A DNA stretch of 64,000 bases, from assembly GCA_043228905.1 (NCBI GenBank), contig JBHGNT010000012.1, positions 18,662,001-18,726,000 of the forward strand, written 5' to 3'. Shown piece by piece: positions 37,265 to 50,671 of this stretch. Position 1 is the first letter of the stretch. The number at the start of each line of letters is the position of its first letter. A model generated the notes under the pieces. It did not search any database. It was given only the letters and a program-made list of their open reading frames with translations, and had not been told where the DNA came from. The translations under genes and the position numbers were made by a program. This DNA is from Azolla caroliniana (lineage: Eukaryota > Plantae > Polypodiophyta).

Positions 37265-40200
37265 TGTGCGGAAATAACGCTACCAGATTGTGTGGAAATA
37301 ACGCTCTGGCACAACCGAGTCTTAAAACAACGAATGGAAGAGAACAAACTCAAACAGAGACGACACAGGATGTTTACGTTGTCGCGTTGCTACGCGCGTG
37401 CGTGGAGAAGGGCGGGACCATGGGGGTCTTGGACTAAGGAGTAGAGGAGAAGGAATCGGACATGGAATGGAAGCTTTGCTCAAGAAGAAGAAGAATGAAC
37501 AAGAGATTAGATCGAACAAGAGGAAGATGGAGACACGATGATCAACAAGATGTATTAAAACGAAATGAATGATTAAAAATTGGTGGCTGCATAGGCCGCA
37601 CCAAACGACTACTCGAAACCTTAACTGACAAAGATGAAGAGAAAGATAAAGAAACCCTAACCCTAACCCTAACGCTCGACCTATGTGGTATACCTTGCAC
37701 ACTCAAAATAGGCAACCCTCACAATGGTGCCTTCCCTCTCCTTTTATAGCACAAGGAGGGAAGACCGTTTACAAAAGTGAGACTAAAATATCCCCTTTCA
37801 TTCAAAGGGGATATTTGCCTTGATTTGAGGAGGGTGAGATTGATGGCCCCTTAACTCCCACCTCCACACAAACAACTAGGTACCTATGTACTGCATAGTA
37901 CCTCTCTCTCTCTCTCTCTCGCGTGGATGTGCGCACAAGACCACATCACCTTTATACCTTAGGGATCCTATGGGGCATTTCTAGCACCATACACTTTACC
38001 CTTATTACTATTACAAATACATTATGTACGTGTGCAACATTGCACATCGCTCTTTGGCTCTCGTTGCTCGGGTTTCCGCTTGTGGACGAAAATCTTCACG
38101 ACAACGTGTAAAACCCTGAATGGGAAAATCCAGGGGAGCCCACAGACTCCAATTATCACTACGAAGGGAGGAATACAATCTGAGACTCAGAGGCAATGAC
38201 CTCGAGCTCTATGTCTTCGCCAAAACCGGCGGTTACAACAGAAAAACTAGTTCTGTATCTCACTCTCTGTTTCTCTCTTTGTGCAGAACGATGATACAAC
38301 AACACCAACATCTAAAGTGATTGCCCTAAGTCATATTTATACTTATATGAATTTAGGGCTATTTACAAATATAGCCTCGATGGGTTCACCATGAAACATA
38401 TTTACACATATGTCCTTGGATTTGGTTTGCACCTGATCCATCTGGATTCAGTCGATCCGGTCTGGGTCTCATCCGGAATGCTTCCGGATCTAGTTCCTTC
38501 ATCCAGCTTGTCCAGTTCTCATCTGAATCCCATCCAGAGGGGCCGAATTCCCAACAAACTCCCCCTTCACTCCGGCATGGGATTTTTCGTTAATCCGATC
38601 CGTCTCCGGCACGCGTCCAGCTTGTCGATTGAAAGCACCTTGGTTAGCATATCCAATCCGTTCTCCTTCGTGTGGATCTTTGTCAGCACGAAGTCTTGAT
38701 CTTCTACTCTCTCCCAGATCTAGTGATACCTCCATTGGATGTGCTTCGTCCGGGAATGGTAGGCCACATTCTTCGCAAGGTGGGTGACCAGAATTCCTTC
38801 TACCGGATCCCTAGCTCTCCGATGAAGTCCTTCATCCAGATTATCTCCTAGCCGGTTTCCACAGCTGCCATGTACTCCGCTTCCATTGTCGCAGTGCAAC
38901 GGACTTCTGCAACCTCGACTACCATGATACAACTCCCCCTGCATAAGTCATGACATATCCGGATGTAGACCGGCTGGTATCCGCATCAGCTGACATATCC
39001 AAATCCGTGAATCCGTCAAGTTGGGGTTTACCGAACCCAAACCGGAGGCAGCTACTCGAGGTGCCTTTAAGATACCGGAGTATCCACTTAACCGCGTTCC
39101 AGTGCTCTTTTCCGGGATTGCTCATGAACCGAGTCACCACTCCGATTGCATATCCAATATCTGGTCGGGTGCACACCATTGAATACATTAGACTTCCGAC
39201 AGCAGAGGCATATGGTACCTTCATCATATGCGTCTTCTTCGCCTTCGTCTTCGGGCTTTGCTTTCCGGATAGCTTGCAGTTTGTTGGAAGTGTAGATCCG
39301 ACCGGTTTTGCCTCTAACATGTTGAACCGTTGAAGCACCTTTGTCACGTACTTCTCCTGTGACAACCACAACAGCTTCTTCGACCGGTCCCGGATGATGT
39401 GCATCCCCAAAATCTATCTTGCCGGACCCAAGTCTTTCATTGAGAAGGTCTGGTTGAGGCCCCTCTTCAGCATTCGTATCTTGATTTGGTCTCGTCCGGC
39501 GATCAACACGTTGTCCACGTACAAGAGCAATATCAGGAAATCTCCTCCGTTGAATTTCTTCACAAACACGCAGTGATCGGCTTGCGTCTTGTGGTACCCT
39601 TGATCCTTCATGAAGGAGTCGAACTTTCGGTACCATTCCCGGGGCTTGCTTCATTCAGTATAAGCTCTTCTTCAGCCGGCACACCAGGTGCTCCTTAACT
39701 TTCTTCTCAAATCCTTCCGGTTGATGCATGTAGATCTCTTCTTCGAGGTCGCCATGTAGGAATGCCGTCTTGACGTCCAGTTGCTTTAACTCGAGGTCCA
39801 TGCTTGCCGCTATGCTCAATACCATCCGGATGGATGCTATCTTTACTACCAGGGCAAAGATCTCATCGAAATCCACACCTTTCTTCTGCTGGAAACCCTT
39901 CACCACGATCTGGGCCTTGTACCTCGGTGGATTTTCGGCGTCTCTCGGTTTCAGCTTATAAACCCACTTGTTTCGGAGTGCCCTCTTTCCTTTGCATGGC
40001 CTGGACTTCGGATCCAGCTTTGCTCTCTTGTCCTTTGCAACATGCACATATGTGAGACACCCGAACACCTTCAGATGCCGGTAAGACACGTCTTTACTGG
40101 TCCATACTCTCTGTGATGTGTCTCCGTCCAAGGGTGTTGAGGGTGATCTGTTTATCACGTACGTCGCCGTCATCAACGCCTCAGCCCAAAACATCTTGGG

Positions 40201-40268
40201 TAGCTTTGCATGTGCCAACATGCTCTGGACTCTCTCCATCACGGTCTGGTTCATCTATTCGGCCAACC
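37265..40268 (-). mobile_element. Copia K (Copia D relative), 3' part
   Basis: 3' LTR 37265-38556, PPT ~38558-38568, RH/RT/integrase fragments closely similar to Copia D, and an internal deletion joining KSRPC|KGKRALRNKW. Confidence 0.9.
37380..38103 (-). mobile_element. solo LTR, family F (724 bp), inside the Copia K LTR
   Basis: TGTCGCG...CACGACA termini; TSD ACGT (37376-37379 / 38104-38107). Confidence 0.92.
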
Positions 40269-40926
40269 TGTTGTGTTATTTTGCACGCGCAGGAGAAACC
40301 AAGGCGGGACTGCGGGGGCCCTGAACCAGGGAATAATCAGACAGAGGGAGGAGTGACACGAAACCACGATCGAGCCGTGCACACAAATACACAAAGAACT
40401 CACAGCGAGGATTGAACAACGAATAAGGAAAACATATATTTATGATCAAGATTACAACGGGCTAGTCGGTAAGCGTCAACGCGCTAACCCCAACTCACAC
40501 AATGCACACGGACAACGCGAGATGGAGCCTCTACCGGAAGCACTTGGGCTTTCCACGAAGCAGAGGCAGCCTCCCAAAACCTACAGGGAACGATGAAAGA
40601 TAGAGGAGAAGAGCTCGGTTCTAGTTCGACAACACTTCATCCTCCACAACGCGATCCTCTCTCTATCCCCCTTCCTCTCCTTTTATAGCCCAAGGAGAGA
40701 GACGTTACAATCTGTTCCATCACCTTTATTCTATGTACTTTTTGATAGAGATACTCCTTGATTCTCTACCGAATGCATACACACTACCTAGGATATTCAC
40801 ATCGCCGACCTGTACCTAACTATGTACAATAAATCAAAACATGTGACCGCGTGTAAGGGCCGGTTCACGCACACTATCCACCGATTCCTCTTAGGGATGG
40901 TTTTCTCCACGACATCCGCCCCCACT
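40269..40926 (-). mobile_element. family F 3' LTR (40269-40914) and PPT
   Basis: LTR start matches 30251; AGTGGGGGCGGA precedes it on the minus strand. The element resumes at 62992 after element G. Confidence 0.85.
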
Positions 40927-40969
40927 TAATTGCGCATCCACCGGTATGCGCCAGAGTAGACCTTTGCCG

Positions 40970-41430
40970 TGTTAACTGGTCGCAAAGGAAGTCCAAAATG
41001 GAAGAAGGGGATAATTAATAACTGGGAGCTGATTATATATATATATATAGAATTATTATGATTTGAGAAGCGAATGGACGGACCTAGAATCGGTATGCCG
41101 ATCCGGATCCGGACCGGTTCGTAGCCGGTTGTCGGTTGGCACCGGTTTGTACCTTGAGTCAGAGACCTATAAAAGGGCCCGGTGAGATTGTAATCATTAG
41201 CGGATAATTAATAAGAGTGCTGTTGTTCTGTATCTTAATCAAGTTAATTGCCATTATGTGCTAAATATAATTCATCTTACGCTTATATTGTGACTAATGA
41301 TCCTGCCGCTTAGTAACCAATTAGGGTTTCATTAATAGTCGGTCCAACTTTATCTCACTGCGACACCCCTTTGGTGAAGTGTCTCAAGGGACACCCTGTG
41401 TTAGGCCATTGTCTAGCCCTAGCGTTAACA
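40970..41430 (+). repeat. 5' LTR of G
   Basis: TGTTAAC...GTTAACA termini, CCTATAAAAGG at ~41166, similar to 62549-62986. Confidence 0.92.
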
Positions 41431-41437
41431 CAATTTT

Positions 41438-41449
41438 TGGCGACCACGA
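41438..41449 (+). promoter_or_regulatory. PBS of G (probably tRNA-Arg)
   Basis: TGGCGACCACGA, 7 nt after the LTR. Confidence 0.7.
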
Positions 41450-41982
41450 TTCCTGCACAAACGCAACGAACATCGGGGGGCATGGATGACTAGACCAACA
41501 AACGACCCGGTTACGGAGCGAGCGAGAAGACTTGCCGAACGATTGCGAAAGCGAGAAGCTTTCCAGCAGGCGGCACAAGAGATCTGTGTGGATCGGTCAT
41601 TTTCCAAAGTAATCCGGCGAGTGGCCACGGAATCACTCCGCGGGTAGCAGAATTCCCAACCGGATGAAGGAAGTAGCTTGAGCAGTCTCCGGGACGCGGA
41701 ATCCATTCTGCAGGCACTAACGATAGGGGGATGCAGCGCCCATTCTCGGCCTTCGAATCGGATTCAGACGGTGAATGCAGCGCCCATTTGAATTACCGTA
41801 GCAGCCACGACACCCCATACGGACCAGAGGATGAGCAGTCGGATACCTTGCCGACACCAAAACCAGAGTTAACTGAACTGTAAGCCCCGGACCGGCAAGT
41901 GGCGGGAAGACCTCCGACACCGAAAGAAGAGGAGGGGAGACCTCCGACACCACCAGCCCGTGTTCCGACACAGGACAACAAC

Positions 41983-44900
41983 ATGCAGTTCCAATATACC
42001 AAGTACCGGGATGATCTGGACACATAAGCTCATGTCTATGCATTTCTACAAACATGGGAAGCAAACCACGTGTCGCAACGCTTGACCGTCGCTGAAGCGG
42101 AACGCTCAAAGATTGCAGAGTTCGGCATGACCTTGGAAGGACCAGCTGCGCGATGGCGCTTGACGCACCCTCCCGGTACCATCACGACGTTTGAGGACTT
42201 ACAAACCAAATTTTTACAGTTCTTCAAGAAGGAGGTGGATCAACGGGAGATGGTCGGCCTATTCTACACCATACGACAAGAATCGACGGAAACCATTCAA
42301 CAATTTGTAATTCGGTTCCAGCGAATGCACAACCAACTAAATCGAGCACCACCAGAAGCAGAGGCTAAAGCAATATTCCTAGGAGCACTCTGGGAAGCCC
42401 TGCGTACGGTGTGCGTAATGATCAATTTCCGTAGCAGCACGATCGACCAATTCATAGAATGGGTCAGGGAGATGGAGAAAACAAGCTCATGGCTAACAAT
42501 GGGGGCACTCCAACGTACATTACCGACAGAAGACGACCTACGTTTTCGGCAAGCTATACAATGTACGACTTGTCTCAATGCCGGGCACTCGTCAATAGAA
42601 TGTAGATCGATTTCTGTACCAGCACGATCGACCAAGTCATAGAACGGGTTAGGGAGATGGAGAAAACAAGCTCGTGGCTAACAATGGGGGCACTCCAGCG
42701 TACATTACCGACAGAAGACGACCTACGTTTTCGGCAAGCTATACAATGTTTGACTTGTCTCAATGCCGGGCATTCGGCAATAGAATGTACCATGCGGACA
42801 CAGTGCATGTTATGCCATTCCAGGGCGCACACCATGGACTGATGTGAATATAACTTGCTGAATCGGCAAGCGGCGCCGGTAAGGCAAATCGAACCCTGGA
42901 GGAACCGGGAGGAGGAAGAAGAACGATGACGGCGAGATGAGCGTTACCGGTCGACGCAAGGTATCCGGAACAACGACAGAAAGGACGCTCACGACCGAGA
43001 CCAGCAAGATAACTACTGGGATTACAACGGTGATCGATATGAGCGATACAACCGGGATCACTCCCCCGGTTACAACCAACGGAGGGAAAATCAAAGCAAT
43101 TATGAAGACCGTCCCCGACAGGGTTACCGGAACAAAAAACACTTCAACAAAAAATGGAACGCTAGAAAGGACGCAAATGCCTAACCGGACCAAGGCTAGG
43201 CACCTAACTGACCACCAATAGAACCTCAACCGGGTACTGGAGCAAACGCCAAATCCAGCAACACTCGGAAAGCGTACTGCTACTATTGTCGGCAAGAAGG
43301 ACATTACAGTAATCAATGTCCGGTGAAAAGCTACGAGAAAAGACCAGCCATAAATATGGTGGTAGCAGAAGTCGCCGACATACAACAAGTCACCACCAGG
43401 GCAAAAGGCAAAACAACAGAGTGGGAAACACAGGAGGCAATCCGAAAGCAAGCCACCGAGTGGGTGAAGAAGGCAAATGAGCAGAATGTGGCTGAGCTTG
43501 AACAACAAAAGGAGAAACTGGAAGAGGCCACTGACATGATTCAGCCGGAAAACCCAACATGGCAAGCGTTACAAGAATGTTAGATTACACTGCCATTGGG
43601 TCGGTTATTAGAGCTAGTGCCCCGGTTTACGGAAGGGCTGAAATCAGGAATGACCACATCAATTCTGTTGCGGGCTCCTGCGTTCTTCTCAAACCCGGAA
43701 GATGGGCCAACAGTGGTGGACACGAATAGTCCGGCAATCACCGCCATCGTCAAAGGACGAGAATTACCAGGGACGATTGTGGACGGAGGATCGGGCGTGA
43801 ACGTGATTAGTCTACGGACTTGTAATACCCTAGGAATCTAGGAATGGGAGCCTTGCCCGTTTTGGCTCCGGATGGCGATACAAGTTCGGTAAGACCTACC
43901 GGTTTGATATGGGATCTAGACGTAACTATCGGAGGACACGCATTCCGCATTTTGGTGGTGGTTCTCCAGCTCAATGCGCAAGGAGCTTACCCATTGTTGT
44001 TGGGCCACCCATGGCTAAAAACGGTGCATATCAAACAAAATTGGCGGAAAAACATGATTATCTTCCGGCGAGGAAAGACTAAAGTAAGGGTACCTACCCA
44101 CCCTCGAGCAAGTACCGGCAAGGAGTTGACACCACTATATGCGGAAGGTGTAAACATGCTCGAGGGGCTTGCGGACGAAGAGGTCGACCAATACTTAGAA
44201 GAAAACCCAAAAATTGTACCCCTATTTGAAATTGATGTGGCAGAAGCGGTGTCACCATATATAACGCAATCGGATGACGCCATCGAGGAACCGGATTGGG
44301 AAGCTATCAGAGAATTACGGCAAGCACAGGAAGCTCTAGAGAGGGAGATGACGGTATCCCAACGCGTGAAAGCATCCCAGTTAGAGGAAGTGAACTTAGG
44401 AACTAGGGACGACGTAAGACCGGTTCATATTGCTAAGGAAATGTCGCCGGACAACAAGACAACGATGATCACTTTATTAAAGGAATTCCGGGACGTATTC
44501 GCCTGGTCATATGAAGACATGCGGGGGCTGGATCCTTAGTTGTACCAACACCAGATACATCTCAATAAGGATGCCAAACCGGTAGCACAATGGCGTTACC
44601 GAATGAACCCCAACTATGCGGCCAAGGTCAAAGAGGAAATTGACAAGTTGCTACTAGTCGGATTTATCCAACCAATGAAAAAAGCTACATGGTTAAGCCC
44701 CATAGTCATCGTGCTGAAAAAGAACGGTAAGATCCGGGTGTGCGTCGACTACCGGAAACTCAATGTGGCAATAGTGACTGACGCCTTTCCACTTCCATTT
44801 ACGGATGGAGTCTTGGATGCGGTAGCCGGTCATGAAGTGTATAGTTTTCTAGACGGTTTCAGCGGCTACAATCAAATAAGGATGCACCCTAACGACCAAG

Positions 44901-46770
44901 ACAAGAAGACATTCGTCACTGAATGGGGAGTTTTCGTCGCAGTGGTAATGATGTTCGGGTTCAAGACCACACCGGCGACCTTCCAACGAATAATCATGGA
45001 AATATTTGGCGAGTTCATTCCGGCATTCATGCAGGTATTCCTGGATGACTTCGTTGTGTATAGTCACGAAGGAGAACATCTCCAACACCTTCGACTATGT
45101 CTTGAGAAATGCAGGAGTTATTGGTTAGGCCTGAATCCAGCAAAGTGTGTGTTCGGAGTAACAAGAGGTTCATTGCTAGGCCATCTTGTCAGCAAGGACG
45201 GGATCGCGGTAGACCCCGATAAGGTCAAAGCAATCTTAGAAGCACCGGCACCATCCATGACCAAAGCTTTGTGTCGGTTTCTAGGGCAAATCCGGTGGCA
45301 TAGCCGGATGCTCCGGTATTTGGCCAATCTTGCTACACTGTTGCATGCTGCGATTCACCGGACACCGTTTCAATGGACAAATATGAAGGATGAGGCTTAC
45401 CAGGCACTGAAAGTACTGCTATCACAAGCACTGGTGGTGCAACCACTAGACTAGTGAAAAGAATTCCACGTGTTCATTGTTGCGTTTGACATAGCAATCA
45501 GCAACGCACTAATGCAAATGACCGACCGGTTTATTATGTTAGCCGGAAGCTATCCCAAGCGGAACGAAATTATTCAACAACTAAAAGAGAAGCCTTGGGG
45601 ATGATTTATAGTGTTACCAAGTTCTGACACTATTTATTGGGAAGGAAATTTTCATTTCATGTCGACCACTCAACGCTATTATATTTGGTCTCAAAGGCAT
45701 TGCTCATCGGCAAGCTGGCCCGATGAACATTGTTGCTACAAGAGTTTGAGTTCGAAATATATCACCGGCTTGGAATACAACATGTGGTTGCCGATTATCT
45801 GAGCCGGTTAGATTCTGGTGAGACCGGTGATGGAGTCCCAGATGAGTTTCCAGATGTTGAGTTGTTTAAAGTAACAACAAAAACAACAACCGATAGCACG
45901 ATAGTCAACGATGACAAGTGGCTAACCAACATGCATCAATTCCTAAGCATGGGCCTCCCACCGGAGGAGATGAACTGGGATAAGCGGAAGCGGTTAGCGG
46001 TACAAAGTCGAGATTTTTGTCTACTACAAGACACCTTGTACCACAAAGGTGTGGATGGCATATGGCGGCGAGCAGTGCGAAGTGACGAAAAGGACACAAT
46101 ATTACAAGAAGCGCATTGTGGCGTTGCTGGAGGGCACTATGCCAGGGTTGCTATGGCAAGAAAGATATGGCACGACGGGCAATGGTGGCGGACGACACTA
46201 AAGGACTCGGTTCGGTACGCGAAAGTCTGTGATTTATGTCAACGGATGGGCCAACCAATAGAACAGGCAAGGATGCCTCACCAGCTGGTGGTACCCTTAG
46301 AACGATTTCAGAAATGGGGGTTGGATTTCGTTGGGCTGTTTAAACCTCCCGCAATGAGAGTCAGCAACAGATATGTTATAGTCGACACCGATTATTGCAC
46401 CAAGTGGGTAGAAGCCAAGGCTTTGCGGGACAACATTGTGGCATCAACGACAAAGTTCTTATATGAGTACATCTGGTGCCGGTATGGATGCCCGATCGAG
46501 TTAATTACCGATCAAGGTGGACATTTTCTCGGTCAAGTAGTGGAAAGCTTAACAACATTCTATGCCGTGGTACACAAGCGCAATACCCCTTATTATCCAC
46601 AGGCCAATGGACTAGCCGAATCCACAAACAAAATGCTCCAAAACATCCTGCAAAAAATCATCAATGAAAACCGGACCGATTGGGACACCAAGCTGCATAG
46701 TGCACTATGGGCATACCGAACGGCATACAAAACAAGTACCCGGTCAACACCATTCCGATTAGCATTTGGA
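41983..46770 (+). pseudogene. gag-pol: G gag-pol, fragmented; integrase C-terminus deleted
   Basis: Gag 42070-42642, three Cys/His knuckles, protease VDGGSGVNV, RT VCVDYRKLN / LDGFSGYNQI / FLDD, RNase H, integrase WGLDFVG and YPQANGLAE. Confidence 0.93.
42435..42789 (+). repeat. ~170-bp tandem duplication in G gag
   Basis: MEKTSSWLTMGALQRTLPTEDDLRFRQAIQC is encoded twice (ATG 42472 and 42657) with a short filler between copies. Confidence 0.9.
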
Positions 46771-47480
46771 GCTGCTAACGAGGTATTTCGATGAATACTC
46801 CCTGGGCAGCAAGGCGTATCGCACGCAAGGCAGTGAAGACCTATTGTTTCGGGAAATTGCTCGGGTACTCCACGAGTATGGTCATGTATACCCCCGACCA
46901 CCGGCTATGCCTAGGAATAGAGCTGGTTTGATCATAGCTACCTATGAGGGAGTACAAGTGGATTGGTCGGTAATGATCGTTGACGGCCTGAGCCCTACCA
47001 TCATCTCAATAAAAGATGGCAAAAAGATGTGGACATTAGTGGCACAATGGCTCACTTTGTTAGCACCACCGGTGGAGCCCACGAAACAAAGGAAGAGGGG
47101 AAGACTGACAGAATCGACCCCCAAAATAGCTTCAAAACGACAACAACTCCTGGCTACCCACGCGAAGGAACGGCCGAGTCGGAAGCGGCCAACAGAGTAG
47201 GGGGCATCGGTGGACACCTCGGGGAGACCTTTGAAAATCAATCTGCGCTTGATGGAACAAAAGCAGAACAGCAACCGGAGAAAATGCAGGGGAGGACCCC
47301 TTGGCGGTGTTAATCAACAACAAGACCCTGGAGGAAGAACAACAGGAAGACGAGCCTATGGAGATGCTGTTACGTTGTCGCTAGACAAGTGAAAAGGGCC
47401 ACGAAGGGGGGGCATCAAGGCCAATGGAGGATATTATACTGGAAGCCCACCCTGAGGAGCCGCAACCTAGGAAGGCGGTA

Positions 47481-47772
47481 GAACTAGCTCAACAAGAATC
47501 GGGGACGGAGCAAGTGGTGCGGCAAGACATCGCGGAACTAGCGGTTCAGGACACGGTAGTACCGGTGGATCAAGAACCAGTCATTGAATTGCCAGAATAG
47601 TCGCCGTAGTAGCTATTCCGGCAGAACTAGCTCAACAAGAACTAGCTCAACAAGAATCGGGGACGGAGCAAGTGGTGCGGCAGGACATCGCGGAACTAGC
47701 GGTCCAGGACACGGTAGTACCGGTGGATCAAGAACCGGTCATTGAATTGCTGGAATAGCCGCCGTAGTAGCA
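47481..47772 (+). repeat. ~130-bp tandem duplication
   Basis: GAACTAGCTCAACAAGAATCGGGGACGG...GCCGTAGTAGC occurs twice. Confidence 0.85.
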
Positions 47773-49136
47773 ACAACCAGAACCAGAGCGGCCACTTGAC
47801 GTAACCGTCAATATAGGCTCATGGCCAGTGAAAACGCCCTCCTACGACTAGAACCGGCACGACAACAAGGCACCGATAGTCAATGGCTATGATGGGTAGC
47901 AGAACAAGTGACTGGGGTTGTCTGCCAGTTAGATGCGGAAGAAAAAGCGCATGAAGACCGGTTGTTAGCCACAACCGAAGAATTAGAGAAGGCTCGGTTA
48001 AGAATCCAGAGCATGGAGGAAGACATAGAGAAGGCCAGAACAGAAATGGCCAAGTTGGTCATAGAAAGACTACAACAATCGGAATTGGTGGCTCCAGTAA
48101 CTTTACAGAGCAATGAGACCACGGTGACTGAGGCAGGCTCAGATACTTATGAAACGTCAGCACAGGAGCTCGCAACGCTAAGAGAAGACTTGGCGGCACA
48201 AGAAGCCTTACGAGCTAGGTAACGAGAATTGAAAAAAGTGGCGAAGGAGGAACAACGGAAGACGGCCGATAGCCTCCACTGAGCAGAGGACAGCTTGAGA
48301 AGAGGTCATCAAGCGTATGACTGGCTGAAAGAAGAGAAAAACAAAATCCTGCAAGAAAAAGAGAAACTCCGACGAACAGTGGAAGTGGAGATTGTGCACC
48401 TCAAAGAAAAGCTCAGGCAACAAAAAGACCGTGAGGACCGTGCTCACCGGCTTATCAATCAAAAGCTCAAACAGAAAATCGACGACTTCGACCGACTGCA
48501 CCGAGATTATAATCATTTGGATGCTGATCATAAGAAATTGATTACCGACAGTGACCGATAGCAGGAAAAGTGTAGAGAACTCCGGGAGGAAATTAACCGG
48601 ATGATGGCGACATTGATGGATGAGCAGTCGAAGGGAGCCGAAGTACCTAAACAACTAGCGGAAGCAACGAAACAACGATTGAACCTGCAAGTGAAGCACC
48701 ATGCAGAAACGGAGCGCGCTACAATGACCCTGAACAGAGTTTAGATGACTTATCAGACCCAACTCATGCACTACAGAAGCCAAGAAGTGGCAACTGCGAG
48801 CTTGATCAAACAATTGAAGGACGAAAAACAGGCCACGGAGAACAAGTCGAAGATGGGGTTGGGGTGGATCCGGGATATCGTACTGGCATGGAGGAATCGA
48901 ACGAAGCAATTAGTGGAAGAAAGCTCAATATAGTGGTGGTCTAAGTGGGCTAAGCATGCAACAGAGCTACAGTTGCTGCGGGCAGATGCGGAAAACCGGC
49001 GGAAAGAGGGCGACGAAGTTTATATCCTGGATAAGGAAAGCATTGAGGCGATAAAGGAAGAAATGTCGGATGATTTCATATCCCTGGCTGATGAGCAGAG
49101 GGTGGCGGTACGCCAGTTGGTGGCACAGTTGGATGA

Positions 49137-49437
49137 TGGGGTGAAAGCATGCGAATGGAAACACTATTATAGCTATTTAGCTAGTAAATTGACCACAGCT
49201 AAATAGTTTTTTTAATAGCTAATTTTTAGTAGGAAGATCTCAAAGATACGTATCATTTATGATGGGGATGGAAATATTACCATTTATGGTCCACCGTTTA
49301 GCTAGTCTTTATTTGAGATCAAATTCTAATTATCCCTAAAATTGCCAAAATATACAGATTACATGTAGCTAATTAGATAGCTAATTAGCTATGTCAAGGA
49401 CATAGCTAATTGTTCCCATTCCCATGCTTTCATCCGA
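49137..49437. mobile_element. MITE (PIF/Harbinger, Tourist-like), 301 bp
   Basis: ~27-bp imperfect TIRs TGGGGTGAAAGCATGCGAATGGAAACA / TGTTCCCATTCCCATGCTTTCATCCGA and TSD TGA. Removing it restores the frame QLDD|QLDNQLRFEK. Confidence 0.82.
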
Positions 49438-50541
49438 TGACCAGTTGGACAACCAACTCCGTTTCGAAAAGTACGAACGGGAACGACGATGGCAAGAAGT
49501 AGCCGAGAAAACGACGACGATTAATATCAGTGACTAGGATCCACCTTCAAAACAAACACCGGTTAAAACCGGGGGAAGCCAACTAGATAGTACTCAGGAG
49601 GAGCCGCTAAAGGAAGGTCATCTGCAGGAACCGGTGCACGCAGGACAATAGAACCAGGAGACGCCAAGGCCAGTAGAGCCGGAAAAGGAGGAAGAGATGC
49701 CAAGACCAGTAGAGCTGGAAAAGGAAGAAGAGTCGGCAAGAACAGTAAAGCCGGAAAAGGAAGAAGAGCCGGTAAGACCAGTAGAGCCGGAAAAGGAAGA
49801 AGAGCCGGTAAGACTGGTAGAGCCGGAAAAGAAGGAAGTGCCGGTCAAACCGATAGAGCCGCAGGAAAAGGATGACAACCAGCGGCAACGAGAGCAGCCG
49901 AAAGCAATGGGGCAACAACATGAGGAGGAACAACAACATCAACAGATGACAGAACAACTTCCCGAAGAACCATTGGAACCCTTAGATCAAAGCATTCTGG
50001 ACATTTTGGAGGATGAATGAAGCCGGATTGTGGGATTTTGTTAACCGTTTCTGGTGAAACACCTTTGATGAGCCCATAGGCTATCAGTGTCAAGGGATCG
50101 TGTTATGTGGGAACCTCTTCTACACGGGGGAAAAGAAAAGAAAAGAGAACAAGGAGCGTACACGGGCTACAACCCGTTAGGCATAAACGTAGCTCGATTT
50201 ACGAGTACAGGGAGAATACACATATAGAATATTAGAAAACGAAACTTATATTAAACGATAGAGCTCCCAGTGAGTACAGTACTCGGTTCTCAGCTGGAAA
50301 CAATTAGTGCAGAGCTTGCTACTAGGATATTACTCTCGCTAAGAATGATCTAGATACTCCCCCCCTTGAGGTATGCATAACTCGGGTTATATAGTTTTCC
50401 CCTTCAGACAGAGCCGAGCCATCGGCTGATTGTGAGGGCTAAAACACGGCTATTTCTAGTCTTACCTATTTCCTCACCTACTCTTCTACCTAACGGCGAG
50501 TTTACATAATATATTTATATTTCTGGCCTATGGACAACACC

Positions 50542-50559
50542 TGGCACGCCCGTGGGACA
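50542..50559 (-). promoter_or_regulatory. tRNA 3'-end-like sequence at the PPT position of H
   Basis: Sense strand TGTCCCACGGGCGTGCCA, then GG, then the LTR TGTTG. Confidence 0.8.
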
Positions 50560-50671
50560 GGACTTTGTCCGTCGGACCCACGGTTCACAATGTGGAGGAG
50601 TAACCATGGATTTGGCAAAACAACACAATTTACAAAAATTGCCCATTCATACGAGGGCTTATAGGGTTGTT

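Larger units (their letters stand above)
46771..50020 (+). pseudogene. G accessory ORF (plant transposon-protein-like domain, coiled coil, EPEK repeats)
   Basis: Fragments 46766-47200, 47908-49206 and 49697-50020 are homologous to the H accessory ORF. Confidence 0.8.

Noticed and set aside
50101-50559. Reading H as a plus-strand element with a normal PBS at 50542
   Set aside because: TATA, gag and accessory ORF are on the minus strand. Sister element G has a separate true PBS and the same motif at its 3' LTR.
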